From: Gekko japonicus
Lineage: Eukaryota
Reading direction: 5' to 3'
Length of the DNA: 64,000 nt
Assembly (NCBI RefSeq): GCF_001447785.1
Contig: NW_015165238.1
Location: 281,633 to 345,632 of the forward strand
The position numbers and the translations under genes are program-made. Of this stretch, positions 49,807-62,400 are shown one piece after another. The number at the start of each line of letters is the position of its first letter. The stretch's first letter is position 1. The notes beneath the pieces were generated by a model. It saw nothing but the letters and a program-made list of their open reading frames with translations. It did not search any database and was not told the origin of the DNA.

Positions 49807-52109
49807 TACACATGCTTAGAATGATACTATTGCCTTCTTCTTTCATTTCATCCTCTCAACAACCTTGTGAGTTAGACTGAGGGAAGGAGTTGCTAGAACA
49901 GGGTAATACACAGTACAATCATATGCAAAATTACATCTTTCTAAGCCTAGTGATTTCATTGAATCAAGAGAGTTGGACCTCTGCTTAGTGCTACAGTCTG
50001 TGAGCTTTGCAGGATCCTCAAAGATATACTTGCTATCACTAACCCAAACTTGTTTTCACAAACATTATTCTATAGAACAACATGTTAGCTATGGAAATCA
50101 ATATTAAACATTAAAATATTTATGTATTTAGGCCCAAACTGGAATATAATATCACAGGCACCTCCAGTTATTCAGAGTGAGCCTCTTCTTGGAGAAAGAT
50201 TGACCCAAAATGTCTTGAACAAATGTACATATCTCCAGATAACAGGGTCTACTTTCCCATTATGCATTCTCTTACCTTCTATTATGGTTGTGCCTCAGAT
50301 TCTTACAGAAGGAAGACCTATAGCTGATCATGACAGATGGGAAGGAAGATGTTGGAGAGCTACTGCCAACCATTCAATGAATAACATGAATTACAAATAT
50401 TATCTATAAATTGAACTGAACATGTTCATTGATTGGTTTTCAACCTTTTTATTGGGTCAGATTGAGCCAGCTTTTTCACTCAGACCTGCCCAGTTTCCAC
50501 TCTTATTATATCTCCCACCCCACATGGCTTTTATCTGAGTAGGTCCCATAAACTTCAGCATAGCCTTTTTCACCAGTGGAGAAGCTGATTGGATCCAACC
50601 TATTGGCTCTTGCCCTCTTGCATGTTGATTTGTGGATGGAGAAGAACTAAGGAAAAGATTTATCAGGAGCTATTATATTCAGTGGTCCCAGTGTCTCAGT
50701 AGAAACAAAGAGAAAGGAAATTAAACATTACTCTGGGGACCCTACTAGACTTCAAAAGAACTCTAATCCCAGCAGAAAATATGAGGCTGCAGAGGTAGAT
50801 TTTTTTTAAGTATCAGAGTATTAGAGCCATGATTAATTGGTTTCCCTCAGAAAGACAGTTAAATATTTAGCATTTTTATGACTGCCAAACAGTTCTTTAG
50901 TGGGTTAATTAAATGACCAATGGGAAGACATTTGTATATGAACTTAAACTCAAAACAAATGATCTTTAGAACAATCAAAGTGCTGCAAAACTACCCCCCC
51001 AAAGCTACCACCCATTGTTAGATTTTTAAAAAAATACTATTATTTAGGGCAGATCCAGCTGACCTTTTATTGGAGAAATTCTAAGCAGGTCTACTCAAAA
51101 GTAAGTCTCATTTTATTTCATGGGGAATAAACACAAGTTTAGATTTGCAGCCTGTGTGTGTCACTGGGCATGCTCATCTGTCCCCTGAACATAGTTCTCT
51201 ACATGTGGTAGGACGGTTAACAGGGCACGAGAGACTTGCCAAGGGGCTGCACAGAACAAACAAAATACCTCCTTTTAATAAGATTAATAATTTGCAGTCT
51301 CACTGATTAAAATTAGCCATCCCCAATTACTGAACCAGTGGCTGAACTGCCACTGAAATTGGTTAACAACTGCGGCTGTATTTCCCATCATCTTCAAAGA
51401 GACAAAACTTATTTATTACTTGAAATAATGTTAAACACAAATAAGCTAAAATACATCAATCTCTGAAAGGGTTTGATTGAGGTATGTGTAAAACTAGGAA
51501 ATCACTTAGCACATAAGCAGTAAGCAAGTACAAGAGAAAGATCAAAAAAAGGGTACCAGTACTAGATGAGAAATGGGGGAGGGGGGAGGCATGTGGAACT
51601 CCAGTTCAGCATGGGACTCTGCCCACCTGGTATGTTATTAAAACAGGTTGTGCCTAGAGCAAACCTAGATGACTTTTTGAGTGGTGCTTCATTTCTCTTC
51701 CTGGTTTCCTTCCCCCCCACCCCCAGAGGAAAGTGGTTGGGAATTCACGCCATGAACCTGAAAATCTTTTCTTTGTCTTTGCCCAGAGGCAAGCTACTCC
51801 TGAATTACCTTGTATGTGGAGAGAGGAGAAAGCAGTTATTCCATGGTGAGAGAAACACACTCTGTGGATGCCCTGGGGCATTTTTCTTCCAAGGCTCAGC
51901 CCTGGCGAGGCCTTGGTGCAAATTAAACAATTAATTTTTTTTAAAAAAACAAAATGGATAAAAGTGTTAGTCTGTCATGTCACATCTAGGGAAAACCCAA
52001 GCACCTCTCTAAGAATTGCCAGAAACTCGATGGAAAATAACCCATTGCATTTCAAGCATTTCCTAGAGAAGTCTGACAATATTTCTCAGCTTTCCCAGAC
52101 CAAAGGGAT

Positions 52110-54660
52110 TGCGGTTCCAGGTTGTATTCGGGATGGGGAGGCTTGGTTAGCCTTACACTTCCCCGTTCAAAATGACCACTCACACACAGTTTCTTTGGAA
52201 ATTAGGTGGATAAAACTGGCCACAACTTTATTGATTACAGCTGTTATAGGCATTGGCACAGCATGGGTCCTCCGGATCTGACCCATCGGCTGACCCTTCT
52301 GCCAGCCGAGGTATCCATTAACCAGCCAGCCGGCATGGGTAGAAGCTGCAGGATGGCAGGTTGTTGGGGTTTACCTGGATGCCTGCCCCTGTGTGAACTC
52401 CCCTGCCACCTGGTGGTGAGGGCCATCACTGCTAGTCTCTGTGCTTGCCTGTTCCTTTCAGCCCTCATGCCATGACCCTTACAGGGGTCCCCATATCCGG
52501 AAAATGGCACGCAGGCCCATTTCCACCAAAGGGATCCGGCCCCATGCTGTCACCGCCAAGAGTTGTGACAAAATGTGTACCCTAGAACTAAGTATCGAAA
52601 CTAACAACACACAACCAAAGCTGACCTGCAACCCTTTTGTACAATAACCCCCTCTGCTGTGTCCTTCCCCTTACACCAGCCCAAAACAGGGAGGGATGGG
52701 CGGGCAAGCAGCTCCCTTCGCGGCCAGAATGGGGTGAGGGCGGCGAGTGGCCCGGGTCACATAGACCCCAGGCCTCTCCCTCCAGACACCCTGCTGTCCA
52801 TCGATTGGCCCAGGGAGGGTGGGGAGGTGCCTATTTTCCCACCACATGCCTGGTGCCACCCTCCCTGAGCCGGTGACTGGTCGGCCTCCTCCTTCCCCAC
52901 CAAAATGGTGGGCCTCGCCTACCTGGGCCCTTTTTGCTTGTGGTTCCCGGTCGTATTCGGGATGGGGAGGCTTGGCCAGCCTTACACTGCCCCGTTCAAA
53001 ATGACCACTCACACACAGTTTCTTTGGAAATTAGGTGGATAAAACTGGCCACAACTTTATTGATTACAGCTGTTATAGGCATTGGCACAGCATGGGTCCA
53101 CCGGATCCGACCCGTCGGCTGACCCTTCTGCCAGCCGAGGTATCTGTTACCCAGCCAGCCTGCATGGGTAGAGCCTGCAGGATGGCAGGTTGTTGGGGTT
53201 CATCTGGACACCTGCCCCTGTGTGAACTCCCCTGCCACCTGGCGGTGAGGGCCATTGCTGTTAGTCTCTGCGCTTGCCTGTTCCTTTCAGCCCTCACGCT
53301 GAGACCCTTACAGGGGTCCCCACATCCGGAAAATGGCATGCAGGCCGATTTCCACCAAACGGATCCAGCCCCATGCTGTCACTGCCATGAGAGCTGGAAC
53401 AACCGCTTGGTCCTGCTCCCGCCAATGCCTGTACAGCTGTAGCCAAGAGAGGAGGGAATAATGTATCCCCTGTAGCCATATGTCCAAACCCCATGCTGAC
53501 AGGTGCACCCCATCTGCCTGGAACAAGGCCTCCAGATTGTGGGAGATGTCCGGGTGGCAGATCCACAATCAATCATCCTACCCAGTCTGCCAGACACCTT
53601 TCTCCTTGCCATGTCCACTTTTCCGGGATGAGCCGCTCCTCGCCATGACCTCCGTTCAAGCCAATTCGACCAAAAGAAGACTGTGTTGGGAGACGCCTCA
53701 CGCAAAATGGCCAGGTCAGCCAGCACATGGAACTCCAGACACACATTGGGTCATTCAGTCAAATCATTCTCCCCCAGTTGGAGCACCAATGCATCAGGAG
53801 ATTGGTGTCGGGCCCTGACACGGTCCACCCAGGGCAGAAACAATCTCCACCGCATACCACGCTGGGCCATCCAAGTGATACTCATGGCTGCCTCCAGCCC
53901 CAAATCCTTGCCTCAGCCAGATGATGATGCATACAAAACAGCCCAATGATCGATGCTGTGCCCAAAAATCCAGACCTTCTTGCAGTTCTGACCTGGAACG
54001 TGGGAGGCAGAGATGCCCTCACTGGCCACCCTCCAGACGCAGCCACACATATGCCTTGAAGACCATAGAGCGCCACCGCCCAATGGCTCTTATGCATGCC
54101 TCAGACATCCCAAGGCCCACAGCCGTGGTCGCCGCCCCAATCCTAAATGAGTGGGGCCCGAATTCCTTGCTGGGCAAGCCCAAAGCCCCTAGCACGCTCT
54201 GAACACGCCCGTGAACTGGTACCTGGTCAACGGGCCCCCATCCCTGCAGATAAGCAAGGGGCCGCCCTTTCACGGCCGCATCGCTAGGTATGCCTTCATG
54301 GTTTGTACTGGGCATGGCCCCCCAGTCAGGGTCCCCAGATGTAAATTTGCCCTCTATTGGGAAGAGCTCAAGGAAGGTGAGATCCTTGAGAACCGCCGAC
54401 CCTCCCCAGGACTTGGGCCAAGGCTGTTCACACCAGCGGCCTTCATAAAAGACCCTGAACCCTGCTGTCCCGGCCGAGTCAGAGTGTATCTGAATGGCAT
54501 CCTGTAAATCCAGGGGCTGTTGCCACATGGAGACCCTGTTGTACCCCGTCAGATACTGAAGCCAGACTCCCAAATCCTCCTTCATGCCCTTAGTCACCCG
54601 CACTCGATGATGGGGTGCTCTAACTCCCGCTGTCGCCCGGCTCAGCCGAGAGCCTGAAGA
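52110..54660 (-). mobile_element. Ngaro-type DIRS (tyrosine recombinase) retrotransposon, 5'-truncated and internally deleted
   Basis: RNase H (HSDSAGTAGF..W...WP..DLTFLELFPI), YR C-terminus (HSFRIGAATTA..IGRWRS..FKAY), downstream SGNH-like ORF, ~450-bp direct repeats at 52110-52565 and 52940-53395. Confidence 0.88.
53440..53980 (-). pseudogene. SGNH/GDSL hydrolase-like ORF of the Ngaro element (one stop, one frameshift)
   Basis: VWIFGHSI (block I), LVLQLGENDL (block III), ADGVHLS (block V). Confidence 0.75.
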
Positions 54661-55589
54661 AACCACCCAAGGACCCACGGTAAGTAGGAAAACCAACATA
54701 CAACAAGTACCGTGCACAGATGATTATAACATATCATAAATAATTTTATATTTTTTGAAAAATATTTTTACAATAATTTCTACATATATAATAAATCATC
54801 TTAATCAAAAATATCAAAAATCATCTCCAAGAATCTCAAATGCTATTGTACAACCTTTAATAATAGTCCTCCTTTGTTAAATAAAAGTTTCAAAAGGAAA
54901 GACTCCTTAAAGTCTCTCTAACATGTGCTCAATATATTGTTAAATTCTAATTCCGATTTTTTTAAAAAAACCTTACCTTGACAGTGCAATCTTATGCAGA
55001 GCTACTCCATTAAAATCCCAGTGACTCCAATGAATTTTGACTCAATAACTTTTCCTAGGATTCCACTGTTAACATGCTCATCTTTGAGGAACCACAAAAT
55101 TCATTTTTGCTTATATGGAAAAAGAGCAAATTGTAACACTCATTAAAAATGCATTTTGCTTTGGATCTACAAAGCCTTCAGTGTGATACGCTTAAGAAAG
55201 TTTGGATATGTAAAATAAATACATTGTCCTAATCCCAAGGGGTGAATAAGCAGTGCAAGTTTTCTCTCTTCAGATGCCTCTGTTTCACTAATTGCAAGCA
55301 GATAACTATCAAAAATACTCTCCATGAAGTAAAAGCAATTGGAGGCTCACCTGGACTTTGCAAAAAAGGCGGCAGTGGATTCAAAGGCAGAAAAACCACC
55401 CTACCTTCATCACCAATGTGTTATGTCTGCGCAATAATACCTCCAAATCAAATCCAACATATGCTTATTAAGGTTTCAGCCAAATAGCAGTTAAAACACA
55501 TTTCTACAGCTACATTCACTCCTATTTCCTACATTTTACTTATATATACCTCTTCTCTTAAAGGAACATACACATACCTACACCATAAT

Positions 55590-56300
55590 CTGGCCCTACC
55601 TGGCAGATGGCCAATGGTTGGGAGTGGAGATGGTGTGCTTTAACGGCAAGCTCCACTCCCACCTCCTCAGTTGCTGCCTTGTGGCTTGGCCTACCCTCCC
55701 ACCCTGACCGCTGTACAGGCTTTGGCTGGTCACCCATTGGTGGGGGGCAGGTAGGATTTTTTGATTCCTGACTGATTTGCTGTGGTCAGGGATGTGTTTG
55801 TTTGTTTTTTTTGCCTACCTTGTACAGCTTATCAGTGGGATCTGGAATTGGCATAGGGTGGTGCTGTTTAGTTAGGTTGGTCACTTTAGCTGGGCTGGAT
55901 GGGGGCTGGTGACTGATGTGCAGCTAGGGGAGGACCAATTAACAACCCCAATTTAGGGGTTTGGGTTGCGCAACCCGGGGTTCGGAAAGCAGACTGGCTT
56001 TGGGACTGCATGGATTAATCTTCCACCTACGTTGAAGGGCTTGGTGGCTGGATCTCCATGGCACTGCCCACTTGTTGTTGCAGATGGGTGTGAGCCACAT
56101 ATACTGGCTCGAGTCAGGGGCAGGGTGGCTCCCCATTGTATACCTGGGGAGGGGTCAAGAGTGACCCCTGACTTTGACTGTGCCACAAGTCACATGGGCC
56201 CTTGTTGTTAAGTTGCAGGTTGATATGTTAAATAAAGTGGCCCTTAGTTTATCCAGACCTTGGTGTCTGACTCTTTATTCCAAATAAGGGGGCAATTACA
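55590..56300 (+). mobile_element. Solo DIRS/Ngaro-like terminal repeat of another family
   Basis: Ends AATAAAGTGGCC..GTTTATCC like the Ngaro repeat (AATAAAGTTGTGGCCAGTTTTATCC); GC-rich block in AT-rich flank. Confidence 0.45.
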
Positions 56301-57278
56301 TCTCAGGAACTTAAAGCTTTGTTTTTATGAGTCCATCTATTTTGTGGGATGTGCGTGTGTTTTTTTTAAAAAAATAGAGGATAGAGCAGTAAAACTTGGC
56401 TTGTGATTTCAAAGTATCTTGAACTGGTACCTGCCTGTAATCTTAAAGAAACTGGACATAATAAAGATTCTGTGAAGGCATAAGATTCTATGAAAGAAGC
56501 TGTGATGGCAGCAGGACCTAAGAAATCAGAATCTTCTGGATGAATCTATAAGCTGCCAGTTATGCAAGGGACTAGGGTTGACAACTGGCAAAGAAAAAAT
56601 AGAGGCTTAATGTGGGGCAAATTGGCCATTTTTTCATGTCATGGTATTTGCTGCAGATCACATGGATTATTACAGTAAAATAGCTAGAGTGACCAGTTTA
56701 AAAGCTGGCAATCCTACAGGGGTGACATTGCAGGTACTAAAGAATATATTACAGTGAGTTTAATAGTACCTGCTTGGGTTGGATAATAAAATGATCCAGA
56801 ATACATAGAGGCCATTAAAAAAAACACCCTAGGAAAAGGTGGGTCTGGTACTGGTATTACAGGAGACATATGTGGGATCCACAGATAAAGTACTTAAGTG
56901 GTAGAATATGCCCTCAATATTCCCTAATAACTTCACCATCTTGCCAGTGGAGGTCCTATATGGTCTTTACATCTTAATTTTTGATTGATATGGCTGCTAA
57001 GCATAGGCTTGTGGAATACCATGGCCTGTGAAATATATTTCTCACTGCCATTCTGGTTATGCTACAGGAAAGTAAAATGTCTGCCACCTGAATTTTGGTC
57101 ATTCACAATAGCACCAAGTGGAGATTACTAGTATGGGAAATAGTCTTTAGATTTCTGTCCTGCTCTTGTGCCTGAGAATAACTCTTCTAAAACAGATATA
57201 TGAGCTGTATTTTGAATGTTGCAACCCAGCAGACCAAAATTCAACAAGAAAGGCATTCCCCATACAATCCATACAATA

Positions 57279-57583
57279 CTGTGACAGCAGCCATGAAATT
57301 AAAAGACACCTGCTCCTTGGGAGGAAAGCGATGGCGGACCTAAACAGCATGATAAAAAGTAGAGACATCACCCTGCCAACAAAAGTCCGCATGGTCAAAG
57401 CAATGGTATTCCCAGTAGTCATGTATGGCTGCGAGAGCTGGACTATAAGGAAGGCCGAGCGCCGAAGAATAGATTCTTTTGAACTATGGTGCTGGAGAAG
57501 ACTCTTGAGAGTCCCTTGGACTGCAAAAAGATCAAATCAGTCAATCCTAAAAGAAATCAACCCTGACTGTTCCCTGGAAGGCC
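57279..57583 (+). mobile_element. BovB internal fragment truncated at both ends
   Basis: CDSSHEIKRHLLLGRKAM...EINPDCSLEG; no tail. Confidence 0.9.
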
Positions 57584-58676
57584 ATGGGAGTGTGAATAGT
57601 GTATCACTAAGGGATGCCATTAAGCAAATCTTTCAGCATGGATGTATTCACAGTGATCCCCTAGTACTGAATACAAAATAGTTGTGGAAAAGTACACAGT
57701 GTTGGAACTCAAAGAACAAAAATATAGAGATGTTTTATGTATTTTATGCTGTTTAGAAAAAGACAGAAATATAGTCTGGGAAAGAAATACATAAAGATTG
57801 CTAGGAATTTAGTAGAACATTTTAATAAAACATGTAATACTAAACTCAGTACAGATAATAGATTAGTAACAGTACAAAGAGTAGCATGTGCAATCTGTAT
57901 AACATTTTGTTATGCATGATGCAGAAGAAAACGACCTTGATTAGTGGATTTCCAGTGTGATATCAGAAGAAGCCAGAGTGGTAGGGAAATATAAAGTATT
58001 AATATAGCTCAATTTGCCTACAGGCATTGAGCAATTCATATGAGTTACAACAGCAATAAACAATTTGAATAAGCAACCAATTACTGTGCTTGAAGTCCTT
58101 TCAATTTGATTACATAAGCAAAGTTTTTTTGGCTACAACCAAAGTAACCTCTGAATCCATGCCTGTAAGAAGTTTATTTATCTGGTGTTAACAGCCCCTC
58201 ATTATCACAGAAAACTGGAGTAATCCACAAAGTCCAGAAGCACAGCCACAAAATCTGAGTATGCAGTCCTTTGCATTCAATCTTCCGTTACTTGTGAAGG
58301 GATATAATTTAATCCTGGAAACATAAATGCTGTCTTGTATCAAAGAAAAGTTTAAAAATCTAGATATTGTAAGGGTGCCTTTGGGTAATACAACCCTAAA
58401 AAAATAAATGAGCGTATACCCTATGGAATTCTTCATGGTACTGATAAAATCCAAGTTGTACAGATGTTTATTCTCCACAAAGTGTGCTGCTGATTTTCAC
58501 AGTATCTCCTATTATCTTCAGTGGCAAATAGAATTTTCAGCCAAAGTATACAGTACTATCCTATGTAGAGTTACTCCCATGGATTTTATGGGTTTTTTCT
58601 GGCATAACTCCTGAAAGGATTGCACTGTAATAATAACAGCTGGGAAAAGACATAAAGTCACCATAATGGTAATACC

Positions 58677-59669
58677 TCATCCCCCTGTTAGCAGCAAAGG
58701 GTTCTGTTCCTTCTTTTCATTGGAACAGACAAATCCATCCAAAGCCCTTCTTAAAGATTCCTTCACTTCTTTGTTTCTCAGACTGTATATGAGGGGGTTC
58801 ACCATGGGGGTCAGAACTGTGTATGGGACAGAAAACACCTTTTTAAAGTCGCTGAGTGTACTAGTGTTTGGCAAGATATAGACAATCATTAGTGTTCCAT
58901 AGAAAATGGTAACCACTATGAGGTGTGAGGAACAAGTGGCAAATGCTTTTTCTCTGCCAGTGGTGGATGAAATTCTAAAGATGGCAGTGATTATGAATAC
59001 ATAAGAGGTGATGGTCAGTATGAATGGGGGTAAGATATCAATTGACCCAAATATGAGAGCAGATAATTTAACGTGGCTTGTGTCACTACAGGAGAGTTGA
59101 AGCAATGGGCTGAAGTCACAAAAGAAGTGGTCAATTTCATTGGGGCCACAGAATGATAAGTGTGAAACCATAGATATGATAATAATTGATATTATTGCCG
59201 CACACAGCCAAGATCCTACTACCAGGTACATAATGACCCTGCCATTCATAATAGTTGCATAATGAAGTGGTTTACATATGGCAACATACCTATCGAAAGA
59301 CATCACCGAGAGGAGGTAGCATTCCACAATGACAAGACAACCAAAGAAAAAAAGTTGTGTGAAACAGCCTGAGACAGAAATGGATTTGTCCCCAGTGAGA
59401 AAACCTGCCAACATCTTAGGCAGAATGGTTGAGCTATAGCAGACCTCCAAGAAGGACAAATTCCCCAGGAAATAGTACATGGGAGTGTGAAGGTGCTGAT
59501 CTGATGCAACCAAGGTAATAACAAGGATATTTCCTGCCATGGTAAAAATGTAGATCACCACAAACACCAGGAAAAGAAGAATCTGGAACTCTTCAGCTTC
59601 TCCAAATCCCAACAAAATAAATTCCATGATGGCTGTGTGATTCCACTGTTCGGAGGTGGCGATCTGCAT
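58677..59669 (-). CDS. Olfactory receptor, intact (OR11/OR6/OR10-like), 330 aa
   Basis: LHTPMYYFLGNLS, MSFDRYVAICKPL, KAFATCSSHL, PMVNPLIYSLRNKE; ATG directly after acceptor tttccacccag. Confidence 0.95.
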   Translation of the reverse strand: MQIATSEQWNHTAIMEFILLGFGEAEEFQILLFLVFVVIYIFTMAGNILVITLVASDQHLHTPMYYFLGNLSFLEVCYSSTILPKMLAGFLTGDKSISVSGCFTQLFFFGCLVIVECYLLSVMSFDRYVAICKPLHYATIMNGRVIMYLVVGSWLCAAIISIIIISMVSHLSFCGPNEIDHFFCDFSPLLQLSCSDTSHVKLSALIFGSIDILPPFILTITSYVFIITAIFRISSTTGREKAFATCSSHLIVVTIFYGTLMIVYILPNTSTLSDFKKVFSVPYTVLTPMVNPLIYSLRNKEVKESLRRALDGFVCSNEKKEQNPLLLTGG

Positions 59670-61221
59670 CTGGGTGGAAAGTACTATATTGAATTAACTT
59701 AGAGAACATTTTACTGTGCAATGATCTTCTGAATGCAAGCAATTGTACTTTTTAATACTCCAGGTGTACTCCAGCCTGAACTTCATAAAAGAATGATCTG
59801 ATACAAGAGTGACCAAAAAAAAATAAAGGTTACAGCATGCAGTACACCTTTAAAAATAATTGAATTAACTTTTAAAAAACATTGACTCTTCTAAAAAGAT
59901 CCATTTAGAATCCTTCCCAAGTGTACTTCTACTACCAGCCAAGTGTACTTAGGATTGTGTTATCATTATGAGAGTAGCAAGAGTCTTGGAGACACATCTG
60001 TAGCCAACCAGAAGCTAATCTGTCTGTATTCCTTCTACCAAGTTAGAGAAATTCTTTAGAAGCCTCTTGAGCTTAGATAAACTGTGTAGTTCATGCTTTT
60101 TCAATATTGTCCTTAGGCATGCTGCCTTAGATCAGTATTTGGTGGTTGTAGTGTGTTGTGTGAAAAATTTAAGGGTGGGGGATCCTGTGGACACCTCTGT
60201 GCAAGCTACAAAATGTTTATTTTCAGGGCAGCAAATATGACGCAAAATTTAGAATGTGCCAAAAAATAAATCTAGATTTGTCCTTCTTTATTCGTGGAGC
60301 AGATTATCGTACAGCTATAGCTTGAAACTGGATACTGCTGACTCATACTTCTGCAAAACTGCTTTAGTGCTGCTGAAGCTCAATAGTTCTGGCATGATGG
60401 TCTGTCATTAAGTATGACAGTTGCTTCAATAAGAGTATGATATGACAGATCTGTTTTCACTGCATTTCCTCCCATGTATGTAAAATTCTAAGCTGTCCAT
60501 GAACTGCTGTTTCATTGTTTTTTGTTTTTTGAAGTCACATTCTCTTCCTTATACCATGGGAAATTCCCTTTAGTCTAAAAACACTGGCTGATACTACTGC
60601 TCATTTGAGGATAATGCAGCAACTAGTGTCTACCTGGAAACAGCATGAAGAACCTAATAGTGCAGTCCATGGAGTGTTACACTCCTCTAAGTCAATGAAG
60701 TCAATGGCTTTAGAAGGGTATAACTCTCCATAGGATTGCACTGCAAATATTGCAAAACTGTTGTAAAAAGGCTGTGACTGGAATAGGCTATTCGGCCAAA
60801 AAGCAGTCCTGTAGGGAGAAAAACAGAAAACAAAATAATAACCAGGCATGGATTTACCTTAAGCAAAGTGTTTTAGCCTCTTCGACCAGAGTGGCTGAAG
60901 CTGATATGTTTTTTCATTAGCCTCATTTCAACCTTGGAGACTCCAAACCTTTTCACAAGATTTTCAACATGGTGAATCTGTTCTCGTCTCAGTCTTGACA
61001 GCATGTTGCCTTTCAAATCGAAACAGCTAAGGCCTCCCCCCTGGAATGAACAATTAAAATGAACAATAATTCATTTTTATATCAATAGTTCAGCTTTTCC
61101 TCGTGACATTTTTAACATAGTGGTGTTCCTAAATGATAGCAAGCCAATCAGAACTTTAGGATATTTTTAATGGCATATCCCTTCTCTCAAAGTAAAAATA
61201 AACAAGGAGAGAAACATGCAA

Positions 61222-61239
61222 TCTCCTGGGATTAATTAA
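61222..61239. promoter_or_regulatory. Candidate OR promoter element: O/E (EBF) site next to a homeodomain site
   Basis: TCTCCTGGGA followed directly by TTAATTAA, ~1.55 kb upstream of the 59669 OR. Confidence 0.4.
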
Positions 61240-62229
61240 CAGAGCAATAATTTGTCAACCAAATTCTCTTGAAAGGAAAAGAAAGGAAGAGAGTTTCCAG
61301 CTTGTGAGAAGAGATGAGTGAATGTTCCCAGTTTGGCATCTCTCCCTTATAATAAAGCAGTAGTGGGGACCAACGTTCTAAAATGCCCGCCTTTAGTGTT
61401 TGGCTGGAAGAACTGCCACTCATAAGACACTGGCTGGGTTGACTGGCTGCTTTGTGCAGTCCCGCCCAGCGTTTCAAGGTCTTTTGCATATGGAAGCTGA
61501 TTGGACTTCACTCCATTCCTAGACTCCACCCTCCAAACCAGCCATTTTGTCCTGGGTAACAATTGTTGCCAATCTCCAGGTGAGGGCTACAGATTACTCA
61601 CAATTACAACTGCTCTTCAGGTAGCAGAGATCAGTTCCTCTGGAGAAAACAGTGGACTCTGTCATTATACCCTGCTGAGGTCACCACAGCAAATTGACAC
61701 TGTTTGCCCAAAGCCAGAGCACTGCCCCAGAGCCTCTTTCTAGATCTCGTTGTATTGCTTTCACAACGGGCTTTACTGCCAGTAATTCTATAATACTTGA
61801 TCTGCTTATCAGCTGGCCAGTTTCCATACAGATGATGAAAACTGCCAGTTAATATCTCACAGCCCAACCTACCTCACAAGGTAGTGAAAATAAAATGAAG
61901 AAAATAACAATATGACACTCAGCTCTGTGGAGGATGACCAGGATAAAATGTACTTGACAGAAAGATTAACTATGATGTAGCAGATGTATTCTACACAGCC
62001 TTCCTCCCCATGACTAGATAGTGCTTGCATGCAGTCAACCTTCTGACCAAGGATGCTTTTGAGATTTACAGGAACCAGGAATTTGTAGATTAACAGTGGG
62101 ATCCAGCCAGCCTTTTCACTCAGTTTTGGCCAGTTCCCCTTCTTGTTACAGCCCATATCCCATGTTCCCTAGCAGTACCTTTTTTGGGTGTTTACTTAAT
62201 AGTTTTCTTCACTTACAACGTATCTTTGT

Positions 62230-62400
62230 TCCCAGTGGGGACTCAAAGTGACTTACATTGTTTTCTTCTCTTCCATATTATCCTCAGTATGACCCTGTGA
62301 AGTAGTTTTTGCTGAGAGTGTGTGGCTGGCCCAAGTTTCCATGGCAGAGTGGAGATTCAAACCTGGTTGTCCCAAATCCTACTCCAGCACTCTAACCATG
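62230..62400 (-). mobile_element. Old tRNA-derived SINE
   Basis: ..GGAGATTCAAACCTGG..CACTCTAACCA head; L2-like tail. Confidence 0.55.

Noticed and set aside
54019-54717. 232-aa ORF as an intact protein
   Set aside because: Chimera of flanking DNA, RNase H and recombinase frames joined by deletion and frameshift.
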